Source: Amoeboradix gromovi X-113 (Eukaryota > Fungi > Sanchytriomycota). From it: a stretch of DNA of 20,777 bases. The stretch is taken from assembly GCA_018985225.1 (NCBI GenBank), contig JADGIF010000098.1, positions 1-20,777 on the forward strand, given 5' to 3'. This document shows positions 9,541 through 18,522 of this stretch, in pieces (within the stretch, counting starts at the first letter, position 1; the number at the start of each line of letters is the position of its first letter). Position numbers and translations under genes: made by a program. The notes under the pieces were generated by a model that saw only the letters and a program-made list of their open reading frames with translations, had not been told where the DNA came from and did no database searches.

Positions 9541-9695
9541 AACGAAGTATTTTTTAATATTAAAACAAATTAAAATTCAGCCAGTTTTATTCAAATTTGA
9601 TCTCTTGCATTCTGCGTCATATACACACAAAGCTACTAATTTAACATTTCTTTAATCTTTACCAATATCTTTCCATTCAAAAAAATGTTTTCCTG

Positions 9696-9905
9696 TCACT
9701 TTCCAATTATTAAAAATGACTTTGCTCTTGATTTATGGTTATTAGAATCTTGATCAACTAAACGAATTAATTCTATACTAATACTTAAAAATTGATCAAG
9801 TTCCGTTCCAACATTTAATACTTGGAATCTACTATTATAGATATCTAATAAATCTTGAAAATGAATTTGTTCTAAGTAAAACTCCTTATAATCATATTTG
9901 CTCAT
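9696..9905 (-). pseudogene. Eroded AT-rich orphan ORF fragment
   Basis: 69-aa ORF whose coding-like sequence seems to continue in another frame (FNNWKVTGKHFFEWKDIGKD*RNVKLVALCVYD). No family recognised. Confidence 0.25.
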
Positions 9906-10362
9906 TATTCGTATTATCTATAATTACAAATTTTGTTGCATATCATGTCAAGTAAAATAAGGCAATTGGACTAATATTGTATAAAATTTTGAACAAATAA
10001 ATCAAGTCCAAAAAAGAAAAATGATTGCTCAACTCATTAAACATCCTTTAGTCTATTTTTACAGAGTATTTTTCAGAAAAAACTTCAATTGGTTATGTCT
10101 TCACCCACTTTTTGCTCCTAGTGCTATCACTAGTTTTTACAGAGCATGTCCAAAATATTGAGACAGTGTTGAATTATATCATAGACTAGTCTTAAGTTCG
10201 TATCTACTACATAGTCGGGTTTTCGCATCTGGTGTCTCATTTTGTGTATTACGTGTCACTTAGCCTACTAAAAATATAAATAATATCTTAAAACCAAATT
10301 ACTTGTAGCTAATCATTTTGATTATTTAATAATAAACCTTTTTAAGTGGTAATTACTGATAC

Positions 10363-11223
10363 ATGTCACGAACAGAAACGATCACGAAAGAAAAAGAAGA
10401 ATTAGCTAATAGTAAATCTCGTGAAGGAAACCAAAATAACATTAGGGATATCAGCATAACGGAATTGTGTTTTTACCTTGATAGATACGATCCCACAATA
10501 GATGGGTGGAAAGAGTATTACTCACTTTCAAGCCATTCAGAATCGTACTATGATACACTCAGTTGGGATTTTGCAAGAGAAGGAACTTGGTTCAAAAGCA
10601 ATGGCTCTTCTCTATATAAAAAGGAAATGTCGAGTCATAAAAATGGCTCTTATACAAAGACTATAATCAAAGATGAAGTTACAATTTCTGGGTTAGTAGA
10701 ACATCAATATTTGATTCGAGAAAGATGGTATCATCACACCAGTTACCCAAAAATACAGTTGCGTGAAATTGAGGCTGAATACCCAGATGGCGATCTGTAT
10801 CATTACTTCGCGTTGAGGGGTACTGATCAAGAAATTCCACAAGATTTACAAGACAAATACAGTAAAGACAATTGTTATCCTTGTAGGCCAAAAATTATGG
10901 AGTATCTTTATCGATACTATCAAACTGATTACAATAAGATTGCATATCAACCTAAGAAAGAATATTTTTCGTCGCCATCTGTACTATTTTGTGACCAAGA
11001 TGACTATGGGATATATGGTACAAGACATCCTAAGTCGTCATTTGGCAAAGAAAAGCCAACTGAATTGCAAAGTTATATCATTTCGTTTCGATTTCGAGGG
11101 CTATTTCCTACTCAATTTACAGATCCTCGTAATCGCAAAGGGATTTTACAAAAGGATTTGGAAAGAAAGTTACAAGAAGAAGTCAAAAAATATGAAAATG
11201 ATTTGTTAACCACGTTCGACTAG
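10363..11223 (+). CDS. Hypothetical Tyr-rich protein, 286 aa
   Basis: Long intact ORF in AT-rich DNA, with AATAAA 3 nt after the stop. No domain recognised. Confidence 0.7.
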   Translation: MSRTETITKEKEELANSKSREGNQNNIRDISITELCFYLDRYDPTIDGWKEYYSLSSHSESYYDTLSWDFAREGTWFKSNGSSLYKKEMSSHKNGSYTKTIIKDEVTISGLVEHQYLIRERWYHHTSYPKIQLREIEAEYPDGDLYHYFALRGTDQEIPQDLQDKYSKDNCYPCRPKIMEYLYRYYQTDYNKIAYQPKKEYFSSPSVLFCDQDDYGIYGTRHPKSSFGKEKPTELQSYIISFRFRGLFPTQFTDPRNRKGILQKDLERKLQEEVKKYENDLLTTFD

Positions 11224-11240
11224 CTAATAAACTTTTAAGT

Positions 11241-11711
11241 TCAACTTATTCTTGTAAGCCATGGTTTAATGTCGTTCATAATACGATTGTACAATTCCGA
11301 TTCGTTTAAACGTTTCAAATGTGTGTTTTGAGATGCAAAGTGATCTAAATCATTTTTGCTCATCGCGCATATATACATAAGCTGCTTATTGTTGTTATAA
11401 AGCGCACAAACCGGATTACACTTATTGTTTATGTTATCTGGTGTCAACACAATTAAATAATCAACCGAAAGTGTAGCTTCTTTAAGAGGGTAACATGAAT
11501 TAGCGTTCAGAGTTTTAATTAATCGACCGTGTAATCCTTGTGGTCTAACCTTGGAATACTCTTCCATCTGACGTATTAACTCAGCTGTTAAAACGCTTCT
11601 TGTTAGTTTGCATTTAACTCTTAGTGGTAGCTTTGGTATGAGGGCAGATGTGTCCACAATCACTAGATTGATCAAAGCAATTTTACTAGTCTGGATTTGA
11701 ATGCATGCCAT
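11241..11711 (-). CDS. Hypothetical protein with PIN-like motifs, possibly a pseudogene
   Basis: LVIVDTSALI, SVLTAEL, VDYLI and ALYNNNKQL resemble the four PIN motifs, with Asn in place of the last Asp. An in-frame upstream ATG at 11789 is cut off by one TAG (11738-11736). Confidence 0.4.
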   Translation of the reverse strand: MACIQIQTSKIALINLVIVDTSALIPKLPLRVKCKLTRSVLTAELIRQMEEYSKVRPQGLHGRLIKTLNANSCYPLKEATLSVDYLIVLTPDNINNKCNPVCALYNNNKQLMYICAMSKNDLDHFASQNTHLKRLNESELYNRIMNDIKPWLTRIS

Positions 11712-11931
11712 TTTAGCATCTGTGGACTGGCTTACCTAGTCGAAGCTAGGTAAAGAGGCATATGGGACCTGATCTGACAAAATGTCCATAATTCATGTTT
11801 TCTACTAGTTGAGATAAAAAGCTTGAAAATTTTTACCTCCGAAAATGTGTATGCCAAAATAGCACTATCTCCTGATTGAATCAAGTAAACTTCTTACAGG
11901 TCAAGACTTGATTGGTCGAAACATGAACTCC

Positions 11932-12113
11932 CAGTCTAGTTTTTATAGAGCAACAGTAATATTTTATTTAAAATCATAATTGTAAAATCAGTAGTTGTCC
12001 TGCAACTCTAAAATAGAGACTGAATGAAAGAATAGGAGAATAGCTGTACAGTATATTTATTTTTGAAATTGCAATACGAACTGTGTAGTCTAGTTATTGC
12101 AAAGCATGTCCCA
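11932..12113. repeat. Cluster of a dispersed TIR-like motif (consensus about AGTCTAGTTTTTACAGAGCATGTCCCA)
   Basis: Copies at 11933-11952 and 12087-12113 and an inverted partial at 12006-12022. Further copies at 101-128, 10050-10068 and 10130-10152. Confidence 0.5.
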
Positions 12114-12345
12114 TATACTTATTGCTTTTACAAAAGAACCTTTACAAAGATATTGCAATGATGAAATTGAATATAGAGATATCAACACTAGTTTTATCGA
12201 TTTCCCGTTATCGTATCTCATAATGTGATAAAATATTGGCAGAAGATCTTAGAATCTCTTGATCTAGTCGAGTGACCAACACGTGATATCTCAACAACTA
12301 TTTGCGGATGCTAGACTTTGTCCTAGATCTTTTGAAACCCCTTGA

Positions 12346-12924
12346 ATGTCTGCTCAAGTGGAACAAAATCTAAAGTTATCCAAGTTGCTTATAGAGAATT
12401 ACATGGAAGCCGTAATAGAAACAGCAGACTCATTTCAAAACAAAAATAGAGATACATCGCAACTCAGAAACTCAATGGTAACATTAGCCAAAGCTAATGA
12501 TCGTTTGGAGATCATTAGAAATGCAATAATACCAGCTAGAGCGCAAACATTAGAGCAATACCAGCAGATGGTTAGTTTGGTTCCACCAAGTGCTAGTCAT
12601 CCCAAAGTAAACGAATTGAATAGATTATTAAATGTTGAAAACGGGCACGACGATGATGAAATATTGTTTTCGCAATCAGAATTTTGTCTGATATGTTCAT
12701 TAACAAAGAAACAATTCTTATATCCCGTCAAAGCTACCTGTGGTCATAATTTTGAAAAATCCGCTATTTTACATCTGATAAAACAAAGTGATCGTTGTAT
12801 ATGTCCATTTGTAGGATGCGGGACTGTTTTGACACCTGAGAGCATTCAAGATGATCACGTTATGATGAGAAGGCTTGAAAGACGCAACTTAACTCAAGGG
12901 ACGCTGGCAGATGTGGAAATTTAA
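12346..12924 (+). CDS. NSE2: SP-RING SUMO E3 ligase Nse2/Mms21 (Smc5/6 complex), 192 aa
   Basis: DDDEI followed by CSLT..PVKATCGHNFEKSAI..CPFVGC, after a helical N-terminus. Confidence 0.85.
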   Translation: MSAQVEQNLKLSKLLIENYMEAVIETADSFQNKNRDTSQLRNSMVTLAKANDRLEIIRNAIIPARAQTLEQYQQMVSLVPPSASHPKVNELNRLLNVENGHDDDEILFSQSEFCLICSLTKKQFLYPVKATCGHNFEKSAILHLIKQSDRCICPFVGCGTVLTPESIQDDHVMMRRLERRNLTQGTLADVEI

Positions 12925-12933
12925 TAAAACAAT

Positions 12934-13797
12934 TTACTTCTTTTTGACATCTCTCTTTCCGTATTTCTTGGTTTTTGTGCCCTCCTGCATGTTCAGTTTG
13001 AGTTTTTGCTTTTCTTTCACACCCTGTTCATCGATAAATGGAAGACCAAGTGAACTAAGCAGACATCGAACTTGCCAGTCTGTTACGGCGTTGCTTTTAA
13101 ATAGTATTTGAAAAGGAAAGAACTTCTGTCCATTTATACTAGGAATCTGGTCATAGGCTAGTTCTAATTCGGGGAACATTCCAACCACATTGTCTGGCAA
13201 TTTTAATTCAAAGTCACCTTGATGATTTCCCCCTTTATTAAAGCCATAAAAGTTTTTCCACTTTGGTATGACTAGTGCTGTTAGTTTGTCCATGAAATCA
13301 TACATAAATGGGCCAGTTAAAGTAGTTTTCACACCATGTGGCCTTCCAGCTAATTTACGATAAAGCATGCTAGCATTAGTAGGATATATAAATTTGGGCT
13401 GTATTCCAGATATTAGTAGTTGCTGTAGAAACACACTGGTCAGTTGGTCATCTAAAAGTGGAGTATTTGTACTCAAACTGTATTGCCAAGTAAGCGTAAT
13501 CTCATTTAACTCGGGCACATTCTTGTACGTCATATCCGGAAGAGCTGCAGGGACATGTCTGTACTTTGGAATGTGTACCTTTAGGTGATAATTTTTGTTT
13601 CTTTCATTTAAACCTTGCTTAATTGCAACTGGTGGATAATAATCAGGGGTCGATGGTTTGCGGTGTGTAAATGACAAATACATTAAATCAGATTTCAGAG
13701 TTTTAAAATAAAACGAACTTAATCTTGTGGGAAGGTGATGCAACATGGAGAGTTTTTTATGAATTGAGATATTTAAATTTTCAGTAACTCCACTCAT
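12934..13797 (-). CDS. Mitochondrial ribosomal protein uL5m (fungal Mrpl7-like)
   Basis: VPELNEITL..ISGIQP..GVKTTLTGPFMYDFMDKL..VIPKWKNFYG..FPELELAYD..LLSSLGLPF. Start is 13797 or 13746. Confidence 0.88.
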   Translation of the reverse strand: MSGVTENLNISIHKKLSMLHHLPTRLSSFYFKTLKSDLMYLSFTHRKPSTPDYYPPVAIKQGLNERNKNYHLKVHIPKYRHVPAALPDMTYKNVPELNEITLTWQYSLSTNTPLLDDQLTSVFLQQLLISGIQPKFIYPTNASMLYRKLAGRPHGVKTTLTGPFMYDFMDKLTALVIPKWKNFYGFNKGGNHQGDFELKLPDNVVGMFPELELAYDQIPSINGQKFFPFQILFKSNAVTDWQVRCLLSSLGLPFIDEQGVKEKQKLKLNMQEGTKTKKYGKRDVKKK

Positions 13798-13908
13798 GAA
13801 TCAAATTTTTATTTCTCGCTATATGTGCAAATACACGATTTCGACAACTTCAAAACTGAAATTGATCGGAGATGGGATCCATTTTCCAAACAACATTTTT
13901 CTTTGTTT

Positions 13909-14946
13909 ATGCAGTTGTCTCCTAATCATCAGTACCTTAAACTGACAACTCTACTCGGTAAGGGTGCCTACAAAATGGTTTACAAGGCTATTCACCGCCC
14001 TTTAGGTACCTTAGTTGCCTGGAATAGTACTACTCAGTTCAGCACACAATTGTTTTTCCAGGAAATACAGCTGCTAAGTCAAATTCAACATCCAAACATC
14101 ATTCAGCTGTATGACTACTTTAAAGTCAGCGACGAATTCGTTTTTATAACAGAACTGATGGACTGCACTTTGAAAGAATATTTAAATATTTTATATGATG
14201 GCCAGCATTTTGTAGATACCCATTTAAAAGAAGACCCCTACCAAGTACAATCTAACATGCTCATGTACAAGTCATGGTGTCGTCAAATTCTTAAAGGTTT
14301 ACACTACATGCATGAAAAACAAATGATTCACCGAGACATTAAGTGTGACAATATATTCATCATTCCGAGTCAAAACCATCTTAAGATTGGTGATTTAGGT
14401 ACGGCTAAGTTGAAGCAAGGTACTAAGCATACAATTATTGGTACCCCGGAGTTCATGGCTCCTGAAATGTACGAAGAAGACTATTCGGAGTTAGTGGATA
14501 TATATGCTTTCGGGATGACTGTGATTGAGATGCTAACTAATGAGTATCCATATCATGAATGTACAAATGCAGCTCAGATATTTAAAAAGGTTAGCATGGA
14601 GGAGCATCCATTGAGTTTAAAAAAGATAAAAGATGCCAAAATGATTGATTTGATATTTAAGTGCATATGTAAAACGGATAAGAGATGGAATGCTCAACAA
14701 TTAATGCAAGATGAATTGTTGCTGGAGGAACCCATGGTCACTATGACCGAGGTAGAGTTGAATATGCTGCAGTTTCATGTGTTATTTACAGACAGTGAGT
14801 TAAGTGTAAAATTTCCATTTAATGCTCTAGAAGATACAGCAGAAGACGTGGTCCGGGAAATGATTGAAGAAGATGTATTGCCGAAGTCCTATGAACAATT
14901 AATTACGAACGAAATGCACAGATTAATTAGAGATTACAATAAATGA
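13909..14946 (+). CDS. WNK-family Ser/Thr kinase with C-terminal CCT-like domain, 345 aa
   Basis: LGKGAYKMVYKA (Lys in subdomain I), VAWN (no beta-3 Lys), IHRDIKCDNIF, KIGDLG, GTPEFMAPE, then VKFPFN..DTAEDVVREMI. First ATG at 13909. Confidence 0.93.
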   Translation: MQLSPNHQYLKLTTLLGKGAYKMVYKAIHRPLGTLVAWNSTTQFSTQLFFQEIQLLSQIQHPNIIQLYDYFKVSDEFVFITELMDCTLKEYLNILYDGQHFVDTHLKEDPYQVQSNMLMYKSWCRQILKGLHYMHEKQMIHRDIKCDNIFIIPSQNHLKIGDLGTAKLKQGTKHTIIGTPEFMAPEMYEEDYSELVDIYAFGMTVIEMLTNEYPYHECTNAAQIFKKVSMEEHPLSLKKIKDAKMIDLIFKCICKTDKRWNAQQLMQDELLLEEPMVTMTEVELNMLQFHVLFTDSELSVKFPFNALEDTAEDVVREMIEEDVLPKSYEQLITNEMHRLIRDYNK

Positions 14947-14947
14947 T

Positions 14948-15196
14948 TTATTGTTTTAACTTTTCAACCAAAGCAATGTACTCTTGTTTAGCATCATCAG
15001 AGGATTTTCCTTTAACAGCATTCCAAGCATCCCACTTCGCCTTTCCAGTTAAATCGAACATACCAGGACGAGGTGTGTTGCAATCGCCAACAGTACCCTG
15101 CTTATACAATGCATACAGTTGCAGTAAATTCGAGTTATCCGGTTTTGCAGACAAATTCTTGGCGTCCTCAGCAGCTTTTGTGAAGGAATCTGACAT
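14948..15196 (-). CDS. ACB1: Acyl-CoA-binding protein, 82 aa
   Basis: LLQLYALYKQGTVGDCNTPRPGMFDLTGKAKWDAW. ATG at 15196. Confidence 0.96.
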   Translation of the reverse strand: MSDSFTKAAEDAKNLSAKPDNSNLLQLYALYKQGTVGDCNTPRPGMFDLTGKAKWDAWNAVKGKSSDDAKQEYIALVEKLKQ

Positions 15197-15399
15197 TGGT
15201 TTGAAAAAATACATCAATCAAGAATTTCCTAGGCAATCAAAACGAATTCAGTTTACTGTTTTAGACCAGCTGCTCTGCATTAAGTAGCTAATTCATTAAG
15301 CCGCAAGCTTCAATAGTACTAATGGTAGTAACAACAACTTGGAGAACAATTTTTTACGCTGGAAATGTAGAGGCACCGAACAATTAATTACAATTTTGC

Positions 15400-15820
15400 C
15401 TCGTTACTTGAGCCTCTCATTCAAGTCTTGACTCACGAGAAATATAGATTTTTCACAGAGAAATCACAATACCAGTTGTTCCGTAACGGTGGGCGCCAGG
15501 CTTCCATTACATTGAGGCGGATTGAATAGGGACGCATGTATTTCTAGTATATATTCATTTCCAACATATAATATCTGTTTTCTCCCAGATGGAAGCTTTA
15601 CGCAGGCTCTCCAAATTGCTTTTCTTTAGAGCTCCACAACTTCTACACTTTTGACTAATAAGTATTTCTTTACATCCCACGTATGACATTTCTTTTCTTG
15701 AGACGATGTGTACATTTTAGGCCTCTTTCTGAATGTGTAATAGTGTATTCTATTACCCCGCCTCAAATTGATTTCTTTAAATTTGACATATTCTGGCTCT
15801 GATGACAAGAAAAGAAAGAA
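15400..15820 (-). mobile_element. Decayed Fanzor2 element (copy B): C-terminal part plus putative omegaRNA
   Basis: HYYTFRKR, then KEILISQKCRSCGALKKSNLE, then NRYYMLEMNIY*KYMRPYSI align with copy A HYSYKER, NEAFTSQ-CTRCSTLKKTNLE and DRDHMVARNTYFKYIHPYSI. 22/24 nt identity between 15631-15608 and 9318-9341. Confidence 0.85.
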
Positions 15821-15934
15821 CGTTTTTATTCAAATAAAGGTTAGCAAACAAGGCGATTGAGCACATACAATAATGGTAAATATTTTACTCAATCAAAATC
15901 AATGACTGTAAATGATAATTTTCCCTTGTTTGAA

Positions 15935-17144
15935 ATGAATGAAGCTGAACAGCAATTCATTGAAATTACCAATTCATCGATAGATGATGCACAACGATTC
16001 CTTTCAATTACAGATAACCAAGTAGAGCATGCCATCCAACTATATTTCTTAAATGCAGAAAACCCACAGGATCTACAAAATATTCCGAATATACCTGCTC
16101 CGATAGTTCTTGAGCCGCAAGAAACCCCTAGCGTTGAAGAGGAAATTAGTCAAGACCACAATAGTTCTTATGACCCTGCAGGTGGAGAACCATCAGTCGA
16201 TGAAGACATTGACGATCAACAGATGGATTACCAAGCTTTTGAACATCTATTGCAAAACCCTGGATTCCATCATCGTCAACTTGAAGACCTAATGCATCAC
16301 GCTAATTCTCAATTTATGCCTCAGAGTAGACAGAGCAATGAACTATTTCCCCCACCAGCTCATTTAATACACCAATTACCAATTGACCGTGCGCAACAAA
16401 TTGCTAATGCACAATCCAAATGGATATTTCTAATTATTAGCAATCCCCAGGAGTTTGTATGTCAACAAATAAATAGAGACCTACTTTCTGATGATTTCAT
16501 TCAAGAAATTTTGAATAATTTCTACGTCGTCTACTATTTGCAAAATACTCCTCTTTCTGAGCAGTTCAAGCAGCTATATCCCTTTCCGAAGCCTCCTTAC
16601 ATATGCATAATCGATCCTCGTACGGGTGAGAGAGTACGTCAGTACAAAAGTGTGCATTCCTTGATGAAGGTTGATGTGAGTGAGTGGGCTGTTGAGTTAA
16701 CCTCGTTTTTAGAGGAGTATGATCTAAATAAGTCCTTTATTCAGACTATATCAAAGCAAGAAAAAAGAGTTGACGAAATGACGGAAGAAGAACAAATAGA
16801 ATTGGCGCTGCAAGAGAGTATGGGAGCTCCTAAAGACAGCAAGGATTTAACAATAAATAATGATCAAGGGCATTTTAGCACCCGACTGACACCAAAAGAG
16901 ATAGAAGTTGAACATGGAGTGCGTGTTGCAATTAGATTGCCAAGTATTTCTTATCACTAATATAGATGCAAGCAGACTGACTCTACAGGTTGACGAGAGT
17001 ACAAGTAATGGTGAATTGTATAGCCATGTGAAAACAAGGGTTAATGAGCCATTCGAGCTCTATTTACAAGAGATGTTCCCACTAAACGGAAAAGTCTTGG
17101 ATTTTATAAAAGGACCAAGTTTGTTTACAGTAAAGCTTATTTGA
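15935..17144 (+). CDS. UBA-UAS-UIM-UBX Cdc48/p97 adaptor (Ubx5/UBXN7-like), about 395 aa; exons 15935-16943 and 16966-17144
   Basis: QQFIEIT..AQRFL..AIQLYF (UBA-like); EFVCQQINRDL, PYICIIDPRTGER (UAS); MTEEEQIELALQES (UIM). A 22-nt intron joins IRLP-N-ASRL (UBX). Alternative ATG at 15902. Confidence 0.9.
16944..16965 (+). other. 22-nt spliceosomal intron GTATTTCTTATCACTAATATAG
   Basis: GT-AG ends with CACTAAT-A-TAG. Joins two overlapping ORFs in frame inside the UBX domain. Confidence 0.88.
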
Positions 17145-17165
17145 CCAATAAATAATATTTACTAC

Positions 17166-17648
17166 TTAATATGGTTTGGATTTTCTAGCATTAGAACCGG
17201 AGGAATTAATAAATTTACCACTGCGTTGACGATTGCTGTTTTTATTGGATTTCGGTTTATTTGGTTTAGGTTTAAATTTTGAATCGGGATCATCCTTAGT
17301 TAAAGTACCAAAACGCATCATTCTTTCAATTTTCAAATCCAATTCAGAAGGTTCACCGCCAAACTTGACAATGCGTTGCTTCCTTTCTAAATATTCAGTG
17401 TGCCAAACTTGCTCTTTATTGAGATCGTTCTCCGGAACATCAGCAGTCTTCATTTCATCATTGACTTCAACTTTAACGTCATTTTCCTTTTCTTCATCAG
17501 CCAAAAGTTGCTCAACAGTTTTATTCTCTTTTGTGGTCAGCTCGAACACACGCTCTACTAGATCATCTTTACGACCATGTAAAGGAAGATTATGTGTTTC
17601 TAATATCTTTTTTAATTCGGTAACTTTGAACTTCTTAATAGTTTCCAT
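17166..17648 (-). CDS. SAP-domain RNP protein (Tho1/SARNP-like), 160 aa
   Basis: SAP domain KVTELKKIL..LPLHGRKDDLVERV, two RxxR/KFG motifs (RIVKFG, RMMRFG) and a PY-NLS-like end RKSKPY. Confidence 0.8.
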   Translation of the reverse strand: METIKKFKVTELKKILETHNLPLHGRKDDLVERVFELTTKENKTVEQLLADEEKENDVKVEVNDEMKTADVPENDLNKEQVWHTEYLERKQRIVKFGGEPSELDLKIERMMRFGTLTKDDPDSKFKPKPNKPKSNKNSNRQRSGKFINSSGSNARKSKPY

Positions 17649-17787
17649 AGGTTACAGGGAGAAAGTTAAACAAACATAAGTAGTCCAAGTGATAACACAA
17701 CTTTTCAGTTACTATATTTAACAATAACTGGTATAAAATTCACTTCCGATCGCTGCAAACAATAGCCTGTGAAAATGTGCAAAATAA

Positions 17788-17861
17788 TGGTTCCTGCCAG
17801 GCTCGAACTGGCGACCTTGTCCTTGTAAGGGACACGTGATAACCACCTACACCAAGGAACC
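17788..17861 (-). tRNA. tRNA-Val(UAC), no intron
   Basis: Acceptor GGTTCCT/AGGAACC+A, anticodon arm TGTCC-CTTACAA-GGACA, T arm GCCAG-TTCGAGC-CTGGC, followed by a TTATTTT Pol III terminator-like run. Confidence 0.97.
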
Positions 17862-17939
17862 ATAAACTGCATGACACTTTAAGTATGTTAAACTCTATAC
17901 CATTTTCCAATGTTATAACATCTGTCTCTCCCTCTAACA

Positions 17940-18477
17940 ATGGTGAAGAAGAAAGCTCTTCCAGTTGAGGAAGAATCATACGAAGTAGAAAGTATTGTTG
18001 ATCACAAGGTTGAAAAAGGAAAATTTCTATATTTTGTAAAATGGAAGGGTTATGAGAGTACTGAAAACACATGGGAGTTAGAAAGGAATTTGTCCGGATG
18101 CTCTGAGATTCTAGATGCTTATAAGAACCTGATGGCCGTTAAATCCGATGTCAAAAATATATCAAGTCCAAAGAAATCTTCGTCTTCAAGCCCCAAAAAG
18201 AGAAAAAACCCTGTATCCAAATCACCGAGCAAAAGAAACAAAAAAGAAGATATTTCTTGGGACGAAAATGATGTCAGCATGATTAAAGAAATGGACAGAA
18301 TAGACGGAGGAATAGAAGTTACTTTAATTTTAAAAAAAAATCACACTGTCGTCAAGCATATGCTAGATGATTGTCGCTATAGATGTCCTCAAAAGTAAAA
18401 TGTACTAACTTAGAGTTATCGACTTTTTTGAATCCCATCTGAGATTCTCTGAACTGGAAGAGGAACTTGAAAAATAA
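17940..18477 (+). CDS. HP1/Swi6-like chromo plus chromoshadow protein, 172 aa; exons 17940-18394 and 18414-18477
   Basis: YEVESIVDH..YFVKWKGY..NTWE chromodomain and a basic hinge. After intron removal, CPQKVIDFFESHLRF is the chromoshadow C-terminal signature. Confidence 0.92.
18395..18413 (+). other. 19-nt spliceosomal intron GTAAAATGTACTAACTTAG
   Basis: Perfect TACTAAC followed by T-TAG. Removal restores CPQK-VIDFFESHLRF. Confidence 0.93.
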
Positions 18478-18522
18478 ATATTATTTGGAGAATTCTAAAA
18501 CACGCTTTTTACAAAATTTAGC

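Noticed and set aside
11720-11735. Possible 16-nt intron GTAAGCCAGTCCACAG
   Set aside because: No branch motif, and removal would not eliminate the upstream TAG.
11900-11911. 12-nt match gtcaagacttga to the tail of Fanzor copy B
   Set aside because: Short, near-palindromic and without flanking similarity; expected by chance.
17185-17218. Possible 34-nt intron GTAAAT...CTAATGCTAG in the SAP gene
   Set aside because: Length and branch spacing differ from the four supported introns, and the unspliced frame is open and ends in a plausible PY-NLS.
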